Shown here: one piece after another, positions 61,101 through 64,000 of the stretch | Numbering within the stretch: the first letter of the stretch is position 1 | Layout of the letters: each line of letters starts with the position of its first letter | Origin: Mantamonas sphyraenae STR306 | Lineage: Eukaryota > Protista > CRuMs | Length of the DNA stretch: 64,000 bases | Assembly (NCBI GenBank): GCA_026936335.1 | Contig: JAPMXV010000045.1 | Span: 372,001-436,000, forward strand | Reading direction: 5' to 3' | Notes under the pieces: model-generated | Database searches by the model: none | Seen by the model: only the letters and a program-made list of their open reading frames with translations | What the model was told of the DNA's origin: nothing | Translations under genes and position numbers: made by a program

Positions 61101-61903
61101 GCAAACAGTTGCTTGGGCGCAGCACGACGGAACTGCGTGCTTTCTGTGAGGCTTTGCAGCAGCAGTGCAATGTGTATGAGGAGGCTTCTGAGGAAGATTC
61201 CGCGGAGGAACAGCTGCTGTCGGGGTTGGAACAGACGTTTCGGGCTCGGGTGCCTGGAGTGGCTTCGCTGGAGCATGTGTCGGCGTTGCTTCAGACAGAG
61301 AAGAGCATGTACGAGGTTGTACAGGAAGGTGACGGGATGGGGGCGCAGTGGGCTCGGCTGCACACGTTGCTGCGGCAGCTGAATGCGTCGCTGAAAGCAC
61401 TGCCGCTTCACGACGAAGATGGGGACGAGGAAGAGGAGGATGACGAGGAAGACGACGAGGAGAACGGCACCCAACACAACGACAGTGGGGTGAAGAAGGG
61501 GGTGGAAAGCAGCTGGAATGACATGGACTTTGACGGTCTGCTCGAGGACGACGCCGACCCGCTGTCTGCGGAGTCGACAGTGAGTCGTCTGGCGCAGGAG
61601 GTAAAGGAAGAGGTACGAATGGGCTTGGAGATGAGAGACACGCACAGCGAACTGGAGAAGAGGCATGGAGAGGTGCAGATGCGTGTGCGTGAGCTGGAAG
61701 GTCAGTTGGAGGTAGCGGCGAACGAACGGTCGCAGCTGGTGGCGCGAGTGAAGCATGCGGACGAGGCAAACCAAAGCATCGAGAAGAAGTTGAAGGAGAC
61801 AAGCGAGGCGTATGAGGCGTTGAAGCAACGTGTAGCCGGGATGCGACAAAAGCGTGCACAGCTGGAGAAGGAGCTGCGGGATTTGCGCACGAATGCAGAG
61901 TGA
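58127..61903 (+). CDS. DCTN1: Dynactin p150Glued-like CAP-Gly coiled-coil protein
   Basis: Exon 1 GVVRYYGTTHFKEGIWVGVEYDGP, intron 58260-58349, GKNNGTVKNKQYFKC...GVFVKP (CAP-Gly), intron 58451-58546, then long coiled coils with LERTIEQFRE. Confidence 0.85.
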
Positions 61904-61940
61904 TGCATGCGTTCATTCTTTGGGTGTGATGGGTACTTCC

Positions 61941-63969
61941 TCATCCACGTCGTTTGCGTGACCGCGTGCCGCGTGTGGCAGCAATGGCGGCAGCAATCTC
62001 CTGTTTGTCAAATCGTCCAGGAGCATTGCGGCGCTTGCGCGGAGATCGCTTTGACGGCGATCCTTTGCCGGGAGAAGAGGCAGCAGAGGATGACGTCGAG
62101 GAACTCTTGCTTTCGTCCTCGGTGTCCAGGCCTTCGTTGGAAGGAGATGCGGTTGCGTTTGCGTTTGCGTTTGCAGGGGCGACTCGCTTTCGAGCTCCAT
62201 ATCGATTTTGCGTTTTGCATTTGTGTGATCGTTGTTGTTGCTGGTGCTGTTGTTGGTTGTGTCTGTGTTGTCGTTGCTGTGAGGAGATTGAGAGAGTTCT
62301 TGCTGCATGCGGATTGCGGACGGGCTGCTGCCCTGTCGCAGCATGTTGTCTGCGTCGAGCTCGAGGGATTGTCGGGAGCGGTCTGTGCGTGACCAACTGT
62401 TGAGACTGGACATGCTCTCCATGGGGTCGACGTGGGTCGGCGATTCGCTGCGTAGAGAAGCAAGAACAGCGCTCGCATAGCGTTCACGGGGCGTGGAGGG
62501 AGCCTTGGGTTTGCCAAGTTGCTCGAGCTGGATGCGGACGACAGTGGGGCCGGCGGGACTGACGGAAACCATGTTGTCGTCGATGATGGTGGAGGTCTTT
62601 TTCGGGTTGACCGAGAACCAGTCGCTCTCGACGGGAGAGGCCGCTCCGCTGCTGTCGTAGCTGCTGTCCCGGGATGCTCGGCGCTTCATATCCTTGCTCC
62701 ACTCGAGCAGGTTGGATGCGTGCTGACGCAGGTCCTCCTCTGACTTTGAGGAGGGCACCTCTGTTTTCCTGCGGCGCTTTGTGGCGGGCTCGGAGCCTGC
62801 GGCGCGGGGCGGATATTTGCCGCCTGTGAGCATGGCTGACATGCCGGGGGAGGGCGTGTGCCTGCCGTGGGAATGTACGGAGGCAGAGGCGGCAGAGGAG
62901 GAGGAGGTGGTGGTGGTGGATGAGAGGGTGTGGGCCGCGAGCGTGGGCGGCGTGGTAGTGTGCAGAGGAGTCGCTTGCGGAGGATGAAGAGGAGCCGGAA
63001 CTGCTTGCTGAGCCGGTGCTTGTGTTGAGGGCCGAGTGGGAGTGCAACCTGGGACCCTTGCCACCGGTGTGGTGGTGATTGTGATGGTGGCTGGAAGTTG
63101 ATGTGGAGTGATGGGATGGATGGTGACCATGGCCGTGGTGGCTGTTGTGTGAACTGTTGGAGCCGATGACAGAGACGGAATGTGTGGGTGTGGTTCGACC
63201 GGAGGAGTGAGAGCCGGTGTAGATGTTGTCGAGGTCGAGGTGTTGCTCCTCAAAGGCTGTGTCGGAATCAATGGAGCGAAGGGAGCGGCGGTAGCGTGCC
63301 ATGGAGCCACCGATGGCGCTGAGATCGAGAGGACCAATGTCTTCCTCGTCGTCGGAAGGTTCGCCGTCGTCCTCGTCGTCGAGGGAGTTGCGGCGGGAGT
63401 TGCCTGGGGTTGAGCGTGGGGTCAAGCTCGGGGTGAAGCTTGGGGTGATGATGCCGCCGACGCCTCCATGATACAATAAGTTGGACTGGGGCATGCCTGC
63501 CTGCGGGTGAGGCTGGTGGAGAGAGGAGGAGTGTGCAGAGGGGTGGTGGGAGGCTGAGTGTGCGGAGCGTGCGTAGTTCTGGCTGGTGGAGGTGTGTGTG
63601 ACCATGTGGCCACTGTGGCCACGGATGGCATCCATTTCGTCGCCTGATCCATCTGCAGGGAGTGGGGACAAGAGGGGTGGAGGTGGAGACGGGACGGGTC
63701 AGCAGGGATGCGCGGACTCTGGGCGAGGGCGAGCCATTTTGCAAAGGCCCACGGGCACGGACAAGGCGTGACAAGGGCAGATGGTACGGGGCTGCGGGCA
63801 AGCGTGCGTGGGACTCACATTGAAAAGAGCTGATTGCGTGAGGGTCAAAGGCAGGGCTGGCCACAAGGCCGCCGAGGGTGCCAGAGGGAATGAGGCCGTC
63901 CGAAAGCGTGCCCGTGTCCGGGCTTGGCGACGCCGAGTTTGCGAGGCGTTGCGTCATTGGTTCAGGTTG
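61941..63969 (-). CDS. Low-complexity Ser/His-rich, probably nuclear protein (5'-partial; two apparent frameshifts)
   Basis: An acceptor near 63970 and an intron about 63819-63653 join the ORFs; NLS-like PATKRRRK and SPRKRR; the coding-like frame switches near 62935 and 62177. Confidence 0.6.
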
Positions 63970-64000
63970 CTGTGTGTGCAGGGTTGAGTGATGTGTGGAA

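Overview
Gene-dense nuclear DNA from a unicellular eukaryote (GT-AG introns, many with CA-rich acceptors; often <200 bp between genes; mostly alternating head-to-head and tail-to-tail orientation). The taxon cannot be assigned from the sequence. About 24 protein-coding genes are readable. Housekeeping genes: LETM1, CZIB/DUF866, CSN3, DEX1-like, MFSD2-like MFS transporter, condensin CAP-G, two-pore channel, BLOC1S1, HPS5-like, NOP53, alpha-tubulin, FHIP/FAM160, RIO1, SPCA/PMR1 ATPase, AMSH/STAMBP, ACAD10/11, dynactin p150. Orphans: a secreted Lys/Cys-rich repeat protein, two related multi-TM proteins, a G1-like secreted peptidase, and a large repeat protein with an hSac2-like domain. The stand-out feature is a ~6.8 kb unit (about 41.4-48.2 kb, minus strand) between two divergent host genes. 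It encodes a giant Fanzor/TnpB-family RuvC nuclease (1751-codon ORF, ~1900 aa if a predicted upstream exon is spliced on) with the rearranged Fanzor-type catalytic triad and Zn finger intact. Its N-terminal extension appears to contain a degenerate FEN1/XPG-like domain. It is followed by a ~200-nt multi-stem, pseudoknotted non-coding segment that looks like its omegaRNA. All assignments come from motif recognition by eye; no searches were run. Apparent frameshifts in two genes suggest indel errors in the assembly.
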